A DNA stretch of 64,000 nt from Vicugna vicugna (taxonomy: Eukaryota): contig MU058423.1 in the NCBI GenBank assembly GCA_013265495.1, forward strand, positions 881,061 to 945,060, written 5' to 3'. The position numbers and the translations under genes are program-made. Numbering within the stretch: the first letter of the stretch is position 1; the number at the start of each line of letters is the position of its first letter. The notes beneath the pieces are model-generated. The model had not been told where the DNA came from, did not search any database, and saw nothing but the letters and a program-made list of their open reading frames with translations. Positions 1 to 13,330 of this stretch are shown one piece after another.

Positions 1-3000
1 TCATCAGGGATGTGGTGAACATGATGGCAGGATCTGTGCCCAATGTGCCTTTGTTGCCTTTTCCTACCCACTGGAAGGAGGCTGGTTGAGAGTGAGTGAA
101 TGAATGCCTGAATGCCTTGCTCCCATCCTGAGAGTCACTTCCACTTGTCCCCGTGTTTCTTGTTCTTGACATTGCCTCTTCCTGTCCCTGAGAAGTGCCT
201 GTCAAGCCTGTGTGTGCATCCCTCTCAGGGGCCATGTGGGGGACTGGAGGTGGAGAAAGGAAAAGAGGTGCTTACTGTCACTCCCATTGTCCCTGAGAGC
301 ATGAGACCTGCCCACTCACCCAGCTCCATTCCCACATCCCATTTTATGACAACATAGAATGATTGCTACCTGGTCTGCCAGGTAGCTCTTGGGTTTTCAG
401 TAACTCTAATACCTCAGTGTGTAGCCAGAGGAACAGTGGTGACACAGTGAGGGTGGGGAACACAGCATCAAGTCTGAGGGGCCTCAGCTTTTCCAACCAT
501 AGTTCTAGTTTCTTGACTGGACTCATTTTGTCCCCATCACTACCTTCTTCCTTACTCCCCGCCTGCCACCAATGGCCTGATCAGAGAACCCTGAAATGCA
601 GAGCAGAAGGTGCTTCACTGGCTCCCAAGGGCAAAATGAAGCAAGATGTCACCCGGCCAAGGAGGACCACAGCTCATCCATCCCCTGTGGCCACCCAGAC
701 CCCCACCAAGGGAGCAGCAACAGAGTGCCTTTATTTTTAGCTCCCTTGTGGGCCCCTGAGCCCTGCCCCACTTTCTGAAAACAGTGGCCTTGGGGCCCAG
801 ACCATCTGGTCATAGAGGGGAGACTGGGCAGGCCGTGCCTTCTCCTACTGCTCATGAGGAAGAGCCAGGGGAACGCAGCCCCCTCCATGCCCACATTTTC
901 CAGGCCAGGAAATTCACGCGGTGGGGCCTCCAGTGGGACTGGAGTCTACCGGCACCAGCATGGTCAGTCCTGTGCCCAGGGCTCTGGCTCTGGAAGGGCC
1001 TCCAAGGGCCCTGCTATGGGAACCCCAAACTCCAGGCACTATTCTGACTCTGAAGCCCCCTCCCCAGGCCCCAGCTAACATTTTTCTGAGCTCAGCTTGA
1101 GCTTCTTATTGGACTGGGAGCAGATCTGTAATTCGGAGGGTAAAGGACAATGAAAGCAATAAAGAGGCTCCCAGTTGAGATCAACCCAGACAATGTAATA
1201 AAGAGCATCCTTTATTCATTTACTCAGCCAAGAGTGGACCACATGTCTGTCAAGATGCTAAGGATGCCAGAAATGAATAGAACATCATCTTTGCCCTCGA
1301 GATGCGATACTGTTGTTCTCCAATGCACAACTGATCACAGGGACTGCCAGGATCCAAGGACCAAAAGCAGAGGAGGCAGCAAGTGGGGCTGGGAGACCTA
1401 GCATTTCTTCTTCCTGAGCTGAATCCCCAGGTTTGTGGCTTCTCCCCACTTTTTCTCTTCTCTGGCAGTGCCCCTGGTTTCATCCTGCCTGCAATGCCCC
1501 TGGGTTCATCCTGTCTGCCACATGTTCTCAGCTCCTACACATAACTGAATTGGGAGGGCACCTGCCAGACAGACCCAGTCCTCCAGATGGAGGTGGCCGT
1601 CATTCATCTTGGCCGAGACTCACAGCTTTAATTGGCTGCTCCATGGAGTCCCTGATGGTCACTGTCCAGAGTGAAGACCCTCCTCAGACTCATTTTCTAC
1701 CCCAGATCTCTAGTTCTCTAGGCCTAGGCTGAAGTCTTTTTTCTAGTCCTTCCAGACTCAGCTAAGTCTTTTGCAGCCTGGATACCTCTTAATGGTGTTT
1801 GCTCCCTGATCAGAGCCTTGCTGGACCTCCCCATGGTACCTGGTTTCCTGTTCTTGGCCCTCAACATCTAGAGTGGGTCCCTCCTGTTCCCAAGCCTACT
1901 CCTCAGAGGGGCACTAAAATGGAGCAAGTGAAGCAAAGGACAGGCAGTCACCTGGCCAGGGAAGGCCACTTGGGGCAGGTGGCGAGTCTGCACAGCGGAG
2001 GCCTCGTTGGAGCTCACCCTCACCCTGGCACCTCTGCTGGGAGTCCTACCGAGCCCCGAGTTCCCTGTGAGTGCCCGGCTTAGCAGGAGCAATCCTGAAC
2101 CCAGAATACCTGGGCCCCTTCCTGGCTGGCATTTGGGACCCAGACTGTTGCCTCTGTGGCCTCTCAGGTACTTTGCTTCCCAGCTGCCCTCCCTCCCCCT
2201 AGGATGTGTTTCCAAGCTGCGAAGCCCCAAGGTGCGCCTGGGAATCAAGTATTGTTGGCAATGGCATATCTGAGCTAAGCGTTATCCCCTGGCCCCCAGG
2301 GCACATGGGGCATAGCCCCCTGCCCCCCTACCATTTTAGGGCATACTTCTCAGTTCTTTCTCTCTCCTAAAGAGCCTCAAACAAGCAGACACAGAAATAA
2401 GACTTTAAAGTGAAAGCAGAGGGAGTGAAATGCCCAGAAAAGACCAAATACCCTGAAGGAAGTCTGGCATGACAGAGGAGGAATGGCGGGGGAGCTGACA
2501 TGGGTTGTGCCTGTACCTGGGGGCCTCATTTTGCAACTGGCACTATAGCTCCATCCTGGTGTCTCATTTACTCATCACATCAGCCCCACGAGATGTGTTA
2601 TTATCCTGGCTACAGAAACGAAGAAACTGCAGAGAATTTAACCTGCCCAAAGTTACAGGGAGAGGAAATTGACCACACGGAATCTAGAGAAAGAAGAACT
2701 TTTCTGGAGGAGGAGCCCAGGAAGTAACAGTTGAAAAGCTGAGAGCAGTTAAGTTCTCTGATATCTACCTAGTAACAGACAGACCGGGGGAACACGTTAC
2801 CTTGTAGTCTAGTGTGTCCTCCAGCCTGTTGGATGGAGCTCAGGCGTGGGGTGTAGAGCGAGGTAAGTTCTGACTACATGGGAGAGGGAAACACTACGTG
2901 CTGTGCCAGGAAGGTGCCTGCATGTCTGGAACCAGGGAGCCAGAGGGGGCGGCTCAGGGGAGAGGAGTTGAGTGGGAATAGGCCACAGACTGCCTGCCAG

Positions 3001-3979
3001 AGGGGCTCCAGGAATGATTCTGCAACAGCACAGGACAGAAAGGAATAGTGATGAGGCTTCTGACTAATTAGACGACTGTGAATATCATTCTGCTAAAAGC
3101 AGAAAGGCTGATAAATTTTTTACTTGACCCGCTAATAATTTTATCTCTTAAAAGGTGGAACAGGCAAATAGGGGAACTGAGTCTAGGCTGAGCTGTGATC
3201 CACAGGAAAGAATTACTTGTTGCTGTGAAGAGTGCTGATCCCTCAGGGACAAGGACTTGGTTCTGCTCCCTGCAGCATCTCCGCTGCCTAGAACAGTGCC
3301 TGGCAGATTGCAGTTGCAGAATTATTTGTTTGGTGAACAAAAAGAACAGGGATGAGAATCTGGAGGACACAGCCACGTCATCTTAGCATGGCTGATAGTC
3401 GGGGAAGGGAACCGGCTGGCATTCTCAGATGTAAGCCTTAGACCTGAAAGACATTAACTTTTATAAAGAGAGAGTCTGGGGAACACAGCGGAGCTGTCAG
3501 TTCAGTTCTGTGGCCAGAGGTGCCAAGGGGAACGCAGCTTAGGATGGTTGGGGAGATTATAAAGATGGAATGTCTATGTCACAGTCACAAACTATATCTA
3601 AGAAAAAAGAGAGGCATCAGAAGCAATGACATATATTTTTGAATGAGGGGATGGATAGTAAATCACATTGAGATTCTAAAGAGAACTATATAGATCCTTT
3701 CTCCCAGAAAAAAAAAAAAAGCACATCATATAACTTTAGAAGAGGTTGGAGACCTCATGTTAAGAAGATCTAATGTAAAGCAACCAATGAAGGTGCAAAA
3801 AATACATCCTCGCTTGGAAAGAGTGCAGGGCAGGTGGGAAGGTGGGAGGGCTGTGTAAAAGGCCGGGTGCCAGAGGGCCCCACATCCTGCAGGAACTGTG
3901 TCTGGAGGTCTAGGCTTAGAATAGACCATTTTTTCAAAATCCAGACAACAAAAAGTCACTTTGGGTAGTTCTGTAGCTA

Positions 3980-4205
3980 TTGTGCTAAGAGCAAAGATTC
4001 AGGAATCAGATCCACCTGGTTTGGAATCTCAGCTTTGTGACCTTGGACAAGCTCTTTCACCTTGCCAAGCCTCAATTTCCTTATCTGTGAAATGGGAGTG
4101 ATATCTATTCCCAAAGGGTTATTGTAACTAATACATTCGATAATATCTATTAAGTGCCTGGCCTGGTGCCCGGCAGATCTGGTTCAATACATGTTCACCA
4201 TCATT
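3980..4205 (+). mobile_element. MIR SINE
   Basis: MIR core: tgtgaccttggacaag...gcctcaatttccttatctgtgaaatggg. Confidence 0.75.
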
Positions 4206-4539
4206 ATTATAATCATTATTCTCTGCTTGTAATGCCCGTGCTCTCCTTTGCTGATTATCAAACCCTTCAATAAAGATTTGCTTTTAGTGGGTTTTGTTAT
4301 TTTTAAGTAATGCCTGAAGCAGGAAAATGAACAAGATAAAGGACTGCTCCTTGGGGAAGATGATGTCATTTTAACTTTGTTTGAAAGAAACAGCTAACAA
4401 AAAGGAATCGAGCTAGCATGGAAGGGCAGGAGAGGAATACAGCACTTCTGCCCGCGTGGCCCCTGGAGAAGAGAGAAAAATAGACCCGCCTACCTCTTGT
4501 TTTGCTTTCAAAGATGTCACCAAATATTTTTGATCTGAT

Positions 4540-5250
4540 GTGTCAGGAAGAGCATCTACCATCCTTAAATGAGGCCAAGACTCCAGACCCAGATGCTTGA
4601 TGTCCCAAGACTGAAAGAAGTTGCAGCTACAATGGTGGAAACGTAGCTGGTAGTTGTTGAGAGACCACATAGTACAGAGGAGATGCTCAAAGACTGGAAA
4701 AATCTTACTTTTCTAAAAGCAAAATTCTAGAAGTCCTGGATTGATCATCCTGATGTCAAACTGATGACATTCTACAAAGATAGAGTGGTAAGAAGATTGT
4801 GTACACTTAGAAAAGAAATAGAGACCCAGGAGTCAGCAGGGGATCACTTGTAAATAATCATGCAAAATTAAAATGACTTTTTAGAAGGTATTTTTTCTAG
4901 ACCGTCAAGGGAAGACGATTGTCATGTAGTTGATTTCAGGAAAACATTTGATGAAGTTGCTCCTTATCACACTGTGGATAAAGTGGAGAAATATGATCTG
5001 AACAATAATGCAATCAAGTGATTTCAAAAAGTTCTCCCCAAAATGCCAGTTGTTCTCCTCAAATGTCAGGAGAATCTCTGTAAAGGCAGTCTGTTCAGTG
5101 TTTGTACAAGTGACCAGAAGTCGTGCTAATAGGTACACATAGATACCACTTACAGGGGGAAGTTAAATTACCAGATGGATATGGTATCCGGATCCAAAGA
5201 GGTCTCCACCACCTGAAGTGATGGGCTTACGCCGAATGAAGTGTAATGGA
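4540..5250 (+). mobile_element. CR1/L3 LINE reverse-transcriptase fossil (5' part)
   Basis: Degenerate codons for CR1 RT motifs (PGPD..PR.LKE.A, DWK, DF.K.FD, RIQ.DL..L..W), full of stops and frameshifts. Confidence 0.6.
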
Positions 5251-5254
5251 GGCA

Positions 5255-5960
5255 TGCAGAAGAATAGCAACTAATTTCTGTAGATACTCTGCCCTCAAGG
5301 AGGTGGGACATAACTCCCCACTCCTTAGGTGTAGCTGTGGGTAGGGACTGCCTTCCGGAAGTACAGTAGGAAAGGGGCAGGGAGACTAACTTTAACTTTG
5401 CAGGAGAGAAACCTGGCAAACCCTCCCTCAGCCCTGTGATCAAGGTTGACAGCAACACTGATAAGTCAGGTTGATGGCAAGACATGATACCTTGACAGGA
5501 TGTGACCAGAACAACACTTTACCCTTGTGGGCTTCCTCCCCAAAGCCTATAACCCCATTTTCATTATGAGAAAAATATTAGGCAAATCCCAGTTGAGGGA
5601 TATTCCACCAAACACCTGGCCAGTACTCTTCAAAACTGTCAAAATTATCAAAAACAAAGAAATTCTAGGAAACTTTCATGGTCTGGAGGAGCCCAAGGAG
5701 ACATGAAAACTAAACGTAATGTGATATCCTGGATGGGCTCCTAAACAAAACTAAGGAAATCTAAATACAGTGTGGACTTTAGATAGTGATGTATCAGTAA
5801 TGATTCATTAATTGTGGAAAAATATACCATATTAGCAGGTAAAATGTTAATAATGGGGGAAACTGGGTGTGGAGTATATGGGAACTCTGTACCATCTTCA
5901 CCACTTTTCTCTATATCTAAAACTATTTCAAATTTTAAAAGCTTATTTAAAAAAACATAA
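5255..5960 (+). mobile_element. L1MC-type LINE-1 3' end
   Basis: Typical L1MC 3'-end sequence (ccctcaaggaggtgggacataactccccactcc...ggaactctgtaccatcttc...) with an A-rich end. Confidence 0.7.
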
Positions 5961-5964
5961 TAGA

Positions 5965-6200
5965 TATAAGTAGAAGCTGTTGCATTTAGCATAAAAATGA
6001 CTTATTGTGTGAATGTGTCATGGGGGAATATCCAAATTAAATACAGCTTATGGGCTTTTAATCGACTAAATCTCAATGCAAGACACTGGGCAACACGGTT
6101 GTGGAAGGAAGCGTAGTCCTGTGATGCTCCAACAACCTCTCCGAGTCTGGATCAGGCAGCCTGGCAGGACTCTGCTGCTCAGACCATATGAGGAGTCTCA
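5965..6200 (+). mobile_element. CR1/L3 fossil, continuation after the L1 insertion
   Basis: Resumes with a DK.K.LHL..KN-like segment that follows the 5.2-kb segment in CR1 RT. Confidence 0.5.
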
Positions 6201-8179
6201 CCTCGGAGCCCAAACTTCCTGGGTTCAAGCACAGGCTCTGCCACATATTAGCTGTAGAAACGTAGTTGAGTCATTTAACCTCTCCAATTCTTAGTTTTCT
6301 CATCTGCAAAATGGGCAAATAGAGTTATTGGTTGGCGCCATGTCCCTTGCTGGTGATAACTACTCAGGAGTTGGATCTCTGCAGGCCACAGGGTCTGATG
6401 GGGGCAGCACAGACCCTGCACCTTACTTTTTTTTAGAGTAAGCCTTATTTCAATGGAGTGTCCACTATCTAGGAGAATAGCATTAGATGTAGGAGTGATG
6501 GGGAACTCATGATGTTTACCTTGGAGAAAAGACAGTCTTTGTCATTCATTTACTGAAGCCCTAAGTATGTCCCTAAGGCTGTCTGGAGTTTTGCTTCCTT
6601 AGCCTCAAAATACAGATAAGGACACCCTTTGGTCAATTTTGCAGGGAGACTGAGAGGATAAAATGAGTTAATCAATATGGAAGAGCACTGAAAGAAAGGC
6701 AGCTGTTGTTAATAAGCATATACTGCTATTAGAACTACCTTACTACCTAGACATTTGTGTATTTCCTACTGTGCTGCTTCAGAGGGGGTGGGGAAAGACA
6801 AGAAAATGCTGTTTGAAATGCTTACATTTTTCAACTGCAAAGCCATCAGGGGCAAGTCAAGGACACAGACTTTCTCTTTAGGGATGGAGTCTGATGTCAT
6901 GAGCTCATGGAGAAGTAGGGGCGGGACTGGAGAGCATGCACAGGCTTTGGAAATTTACTCAACTTCTGTGAACCTTGATGTCCTCTTCTGTAAAATGGAG
7001 ATCATCGTTTCAACCTCACAGGATGACTGTGGGATCACGTGCATGGGTGGGCCGGTAGATAGTAAACATTTAGTCAGTGGTGGCTGCTATGTAATCTGCC
7101 CCTCCAGCAGCTCTGGGTTAAGTGGTGGTGTTCTGAGCACCCCAGCCATGGGGCCAGTCAAGTGAAATTGTCACTGCCCTTGGAGGCTCTGGGTAGCGGG
7201 GGTGGTCAGTGAGGAAGAGCCACTCTCACGGGAGACAAACGAGAACAGTGGTGGAGTCTGAGTCAATGGAGAGCAGACTGAGAATAATTATCCATCCCAG
7301 ACACTTTAAAACCACTTTTTCTGGAGCTCTTAACAGTCAAAGAGCTTCTGGGTAAAATCAGAGGCCAGAGGGAGTCAGATTACAGGGAAAGAGGGGAATT
7401 GGATTGGTGCAAGAGATAGGAAATCACTGCAGAACTGCCCAGCAGTAACTATGGTTTAGAAGGAAAAAATGGGAGAAGGCAAGTGGCCAACTGGCCCTGC
7501 CCAGTCCCAGAGGCAGCACAGTGACAGGGACATGGCAGAGGGAGTACGAGTGACGTGGTCCTTCAGGACTTGTGTTGACTTGTCACGTATCTCGGATGGT
7601 CAAAAGTCTCATCCAGCATCCACCCATGTGAATTTTGACATCATTCAGGGCATGAAGCCGTGTAATATGCCAAAATCTTCTTACATCAGAGATTTCTAAA
7701 GATGTTACCACATGCCTTTGGAGAAAAACAACAATGTATTCAAAAATTTTTACAGAGCCTGGAGATACAATAGACAGTGACAGATGGATCTGGATTTACA
7801 TAAAATGACACAGACACTGATTTTCTGAATATTTTCTGATAAAATCAACAACTTAAATGGATCTCACACACACAGCCCCCACCCCACCCCCCAACCACTG
7901 TCAAGCAGCCCATCTCCCAGCAGGGATTCACAAACCAAAGATGTGACAGCAGAGTACCCAAAGGGCAGGAGTCAACCCCCCATTAAGTCTTGACAGATTC
8001 CCTCCCAGGCCTCCTGCCAGCACCGCCTCCACCTCTGCAGGTTGCTTTGGAGGAGGACCAGCCTAGAGCTTCTCCAAAAAATCACCTCTAAATTGACTGT
8101 TAGATGGACTGAGGCTCCTCCAGGCCACCAGGATCCCAGTTGCTGTCTGTCCCTCCAGAGTGATTCAGACTCACTGGAT

Positions 8180-8655
8180 GCAGTTGAGTAGGATTATCTG
8201 TACTCAGACCAGAGCTCCACATTTTAAGAAAGATATCGACAGACAGAAGCATGTCCACAGCTGGGCAATCTGGTTGGTGGGGGCCTGGACCATGTCTTGC
8301 TGAGAAAGTTGAAGGAAGATTCAGAGGGACCTGCCAGTTGTCTTCAAATACGTGCAGAGTTGTCATATAAAAGATATAATAAATTTCCTCCATATATCCT
8401 CAGAAGGCAAAGTTAGGACCCACGTATGTAAGTTAAAGGAAGGCAGATTTTGGCTCCATCTTGAGGAGTGCTCTCACCTTTGGTATCTCTGATAATCTGA
8501 TTGCATGGAAAAATCATCAGTTCTTCATTGTGGCAAGGGTTCAAAGACCAGATGACCTCCTGTCAAGATTGCTGTTGAGAGGTTCCACTTCGAATGAAAG
8601 ATTGGATGAGAAAAATCTCTAAATTTCTTTCCAAGCTTCAGACTGTGTTCTCTGT
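8180..8655 (+). mobile_element. CR1/L3 3' end
   Basis: ccacattttaagaaagatatcgacaga...gtcttcaaatac...ggaaggcagattttggctc...tccaagcttcagactgtgttct, typical of an L3 3' end. Confidence 0.7.
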
Positions 8656-9489
8656 CAGTAGAGAGAGCAGAAACTGAGGTTCATAACTTAGCCAGAAAGA
8701 ATTGAGATGAGTATGTAAAGCTGGGAGAAAATCTTTAAGTTTTGTAAGCCTCTAGTTCTGGTTTTAAGCTCTTACATTTTGTCTTTCAAGCTCTTTTTAG
8801 CAGAAGGAGCAGTATATCTGAGTCTGAGCTCTAGGATGATAACTGGCTTCTGCAGGGGTATTTAAAGACACCTGCTCCTCATAAGAAAGTTCTCCCCAAG
8901 TTCCAGTGGGCACCAGTGGCTATTGTTGCTTCCCAAGTCTTTTCCTTTTTTCTGACTTTCAGGTGGTCACAGAAACAGGGATAAACCTGGAAGAAGATAC
9001 CTAACCCCCTCTATGACTTAGATCCTTGATCTGGTCCCATGTGAAATGGCAGAGTAGATAAATGGAATTAGGCCCACCCAAGTGGCCATCTCAGATGACT
9101 CAGAGCTGTACTTCCTATGTTGTCAAGGAAGCATCCATACCTGTGGGTAACCAGTCTTTCTCCTACTCCTAGCCTGTGTATCTGAGCCCTCCACCCTTTC
9201 CCTGGACAGTCCATTTTCCTCCTGAAATAAGCCCTGGTCAGTGCCACTTCCTGCTGGGTTTTCCTCACTCTTTCTTTCTCAGCTTCTTTAGTCAAATTAG
9301 TTTGTTCTTCCTAAAGGCTCTCATCACCACCTTCCTTGGACACCTACGTCCATACCATTTATAAGCTATATATTTGGGGAGATGCCCCACCAGATTAAGA
9401 AACTGACAAAGAAAGTGACATTGAGAGACTCTGTTTTAGACTCCTAGCCTACATATATGGGCAGCAGAAAGCTGGTAATTATGCCAGAA

Positions 9490-9520
9490 ATCAGCACCAC
9501 CAACATTTGGACAGCGCTCC
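9490..9520 (+). promoter_or_regulatory. Candidate non-canonical (long-spacer) RE1/NRSE REST-binding site
   Basis: ATCAGCACC-accaacattt-GGACAGCGCT: both RE1 half-sites in correct order and orientation with a 10-nt spacer. Confidence 0.6.
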
Positions 9521-11768
9521 CCTTAATTTGTTCTCTTCCTCGTCCAACAAATTCTGGCTGGCTTGCTGCTCTTGCCACGACCTGTCTGAATTTCTTATTT
9601 TTAGCATGATTCCTAAGGAACTGAGGACTTGTTACAGGCTTGAAGTATAATTTCAGGCAAGTCACCTTTCCTTTCTGGGCCTCAGGCTTCTTGTCATTGA
9701 GCCTTTGATTGCCCCTGTGGGCCACATTGGGAAAGGCCACTCATTAAGAATGCATTGGATGCCAGCAAAACAGGTGCAAGCGTTCCAGGCTGCTTGCAAG
9801 CAAGGGAAAGGTCTGCACTAATCATCCCAGAGTCTAAAAGGTTTCCAGCATCTGTCAAGATCCAAGTGTAAACTGGGTGCCATAATTGGGCTTTAGTATC
9901 TCCAGCAAGTTTGCTTGACACCTCTGCAAAGCGGTGGATGGATCAGACATGGTGTCAAATGGCAAACCTGTTAATGTGCAAAGCAGAGAGGTGTCAAAAC
10001 TGGCAAAAAGCAAAGCCTCCATTTCTTCTCAATCTCCAGAAAAATGAGTGAATGTGGAAGCTGGGCTGTCACCAGGAACGAGGGACCAAGGCCAGTTTGA
10101 CAATACTGCCAATGTGTGGTCCCACTGCTTTCCTAGCTCTCTCCCCTCTTGCCTCCCATCTGCCCCTGAAACTTTTATTACTTCTTGGACCCAGTATAAT
10201 GTCTGCTTGCTGGTGGTGAGCTGGAGGAGGGAAGGCAGATGACTCCCATAGAAATATAAAAGCCCATGAGCCTTCACAGCAACCAGGGGAACAGAGTGGC
10301 TGCTTTTAGCTGTGAAGACATCTTGGTGGGAATATTGACCAAAGATATATTTATTCCATTAGAACTATACTTTCCTTCAGCCTGGTTGTGGCCAGCACCA
10401 CGTGTCACTTTGCCACAGCACTGGTGGGGTGGGACAATGGGGGAGATGCATAGAGAGAAACTATCTGAACTGAAGCTTAAGTTTTTAAAAGGAGGAGTTG
10501 TGGGTCTAAGTAAAGCAGGACCTGGGACCCCCTCCACAGTCACCTTTCCCTGCACTGGTCTTGGAAATAGTTCTAGCTGCCCTAACCTTTAGGGAAGGGG
10601 GGTAAGTTTGGAGACATTTTCAGAAAAAAAAGGGGGGGTCCAGAGAATGGAGAAATACAAAATTATAGAAGAGATGACTGAAGAATTGCAGCAATGTTTA
10701 TTAAAGGTAACTTTGATTAATAAAACCCTCCCTAGAAGCTTTTCTGGAACTTAGAAAGCCTCCAGAACAAGAACAACAATAACAAAAAAGAATTACCAGG
10801 TCTGATCTGCATTGTCCCCCAGCATCCCGGGCTAGTCTCAGTGTTAAAAGCCTCTTTAGGTCTATGGGCTTTGCACAGGCACGTGCTTGGGACTACGTTT
10901 GACTACCATTAGCTGGGGAGGTATAGAGCCAGTGTGAATGAAGGCAGAGCTTGCTGAATCTGTGCCTTTGGTTCCCTGACACTTCCTGAAGAAAGGGGGA
11001 ACCGCTGTGTGGGCTTTGGGGAGAGGAGGTGAATTTAGAGGGATGTAGTCACTGTGTTGACAATCCCCGGTCAGTGGGATTCTGCCACCACTCCCTGAGT
11101 CCTGTGCACAGCTCTATAGTTACTGTTCTGGGGATACAAAAGGAGGAGACACTCTAAGCCCTGTGCTCCAGGAGATTACAGCCTTGTTGAAGGGAGAACT
11201 TCAAGGTGGCTCCCACCTCTGGCTGCAGGGGTCTCCGAGAGAAAGTTTTAAAAATCTATGTCCTTGAAGCCTGTGAATCAGAATCTTTGCTGAGAGGAGG
11301 CTGGACTCTCGGAGAGCTTGTATTTTGGGTTGGGGGGCAGCCCAGCACAGATCTGCCAACCCGCAGGTGGAAACACTGGGACTATGGCGGCCAGGGACTT
11401 CCTGGAGTCAGTGAGACCTAAGTTGTACCTTGAGGGGAAAAATAAGACGGCAGCAGGCAAAGTACAGAATGAACAAAAATAAGGAAGTACAGGTGAATTG
11501 GGGCATTCAGGGTAAGAGATTTGAGCCTGGCAGAAGGGAGAACCTTACCTCCATCACTTTCCTTCTTCTCTGAGGATGAAAGAGGGAATTAGCACAGTCA
11601 ATGTTTAAAAAAAAAATGTGTATCACAAACCTTTGAGGCCTGCAGGGCTGCTGTCTGAATTGATCTACTGAAATTTCTCTGAAGTTCTATTTAATTATAA
11701 AATTCATGCAACCCAGGCTAATTTTAATATAAAAACAATGTTTTCTCACATCTTCTGGTTTAACAGAG

Positions 11769-12570
11769 CAGTTCTTTACCGTTCTGATCTCAGAAAAAAT
11801 TGTTGAGGACCCGAAAGAATTTTTGTTTGTGTGGGACATATACAGTCCTAGAAATTAAAACTGTGGAAATTTTTTAGTATTTAAAAATATGTACTTACTA
11901 ATTTATTTTAAAATCATAATTCATTACATATTAACATAAACTTTATGGAAAATAACTATATTTTCCAAAATGAAAAGAGTGAAATTGTGGCATTCTTTTA
12001 TATGATTTTTGCGAATCTCTTTAAGGTCTGGCTTAATAAAAAACAGCTAGAATCTCACATCTACAGCTGCATTCAAACTGTGGTTACATGTGGTTTTAGT
12101 TGAGGAATCTGAAGGAAACCCAGACCATACGGCAAGGCCAGGACTACAGTGTGACAAGCAAGGCACCTAGGACCCAAAATTTAAGGAGGCACCCTCTCTC
12201 AGGGTCGTGCCAACACAGAGCTGGCCCTGAGAGTGAGGGCCTCCTTAAATTTGGTGTTCTAGGGGCTTAACTCGCCTGGCTTTAGTAGAAGCCCTGACAC
12301 ACAGATAAGGAGTTGGAAAGGCAAGAAGCGCTTTAATAGCCTTGTCAGGTGATGGTGGATATTCTGTTTTGATACCACACCGAAACACAAGTGGTGGGTT
12401 AGTTGCATTGTGGAACCTGAACCATACAATGTACTTGTCATCCCGTGTCTGCATTAAAAATCTATTGGTCATTCTTGCACTTCAAATGGATCTTTTACCC
12501 ATGTTCACTGACCCTTTGAAAGAGTCTCAAGACCCCCAGGGCTCCACAGACCATGCTTTGAAAAATGCTG
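11769..12570. mobile_element. hAT-Charlie (Charlie1-like) DNA transposon fossil
   Basis: CAG...CTG termini. The minus-strand translation IKTEYPPSPDKAIKALLAFPTPYLC resembles the hAT transposase C-terminal dimerisation domain. Confidence 0.7.
12133..12296. mobile_element. Palindromic MITE (MER91-like) nested in the Charlie element
   Basis: Internal inverted repeat aaatttaaggaggc...ctctcaggg / ccctgagag...gcctccttaaattt; interrupts the transposase remnant. Confidence 0.65.
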
Positions 12571-12599
12571 GCTTGAGAGATGCTTCAGAAACTGCATGG

Positions 12600-13330
12600 A
12601 GGTTGTCACGGCTGGAATGTAGGCAGATGCGAAGAGTAATGAGTGAGTACAGAGGCTTAAGAACCAAGCTGGGGCCAGACTTGAACAAGCCGTATATGCT
12701 ACACCTAGAAGCTGGCTTGTGTCTTGCTGGCTACAGGGAGCCACACGAGAGTCTTAAGCAGAGGAGTGATGGAATCAGATTTGCATTTTTCAACTCATTT
12801 ATTTATTTGTTCAGCTGATATGTACTGAGCTTGTATTGTGTGCCACGTACTGGGGATAACAGCGAACAGAGACGATTTCTGCCTTCATAGAGCTTATACT
12901 CTAGTGAGGAAGCAGAAAAAAATAAATAAAGACTTAGGTCCCTGCTGCTGGCAATAGAGGATGGACTGGTAGAGAATTCTGCCGAGGGGAGAAGAGTGCA
13001 AACAATTGTAATGATAGTCCAGGAAGGAGATGACAGGGACTGGGTGAGCAGCAGTAGAGATGAGTTGTGGGGTGGGGGGTGTTAGAGACATTAAGGACGT
13101 TCCCATGAGGGGAGTCTAGGATGTTGCCCAGCTTGCTAATTCAGGCAGTTGGGTGCACCGTCCCTGAGATGGTGCCTGGGAGAGGGGAGTCATTCAGGTG
13201 GGGATGTCCAGCGAGTTGTGGGATTGCATGGGTCTGATTGCAGAGCAGAGGACTGGACTGAGATATCACTTATTCCAATGGTGAGTGGATAATGTCACCC
13301 AGGGACAGTGCTCAATGACAGCCAAGGAAT
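12600..13330 (-). mobile_element. L2 LINE fragments
   Basis: tcatttatttatttgttcagc...tactgagc...tgtgccacgtactggggataacag and other antisense L2 hallmarks. Confidence 0.6.

Noticed and set aside
12245..12472. Transposase-like ORF as an active or domesticated gene
   Set aside because: Short, internally deleted, interrupted by a MITE and by stops; a fossil.
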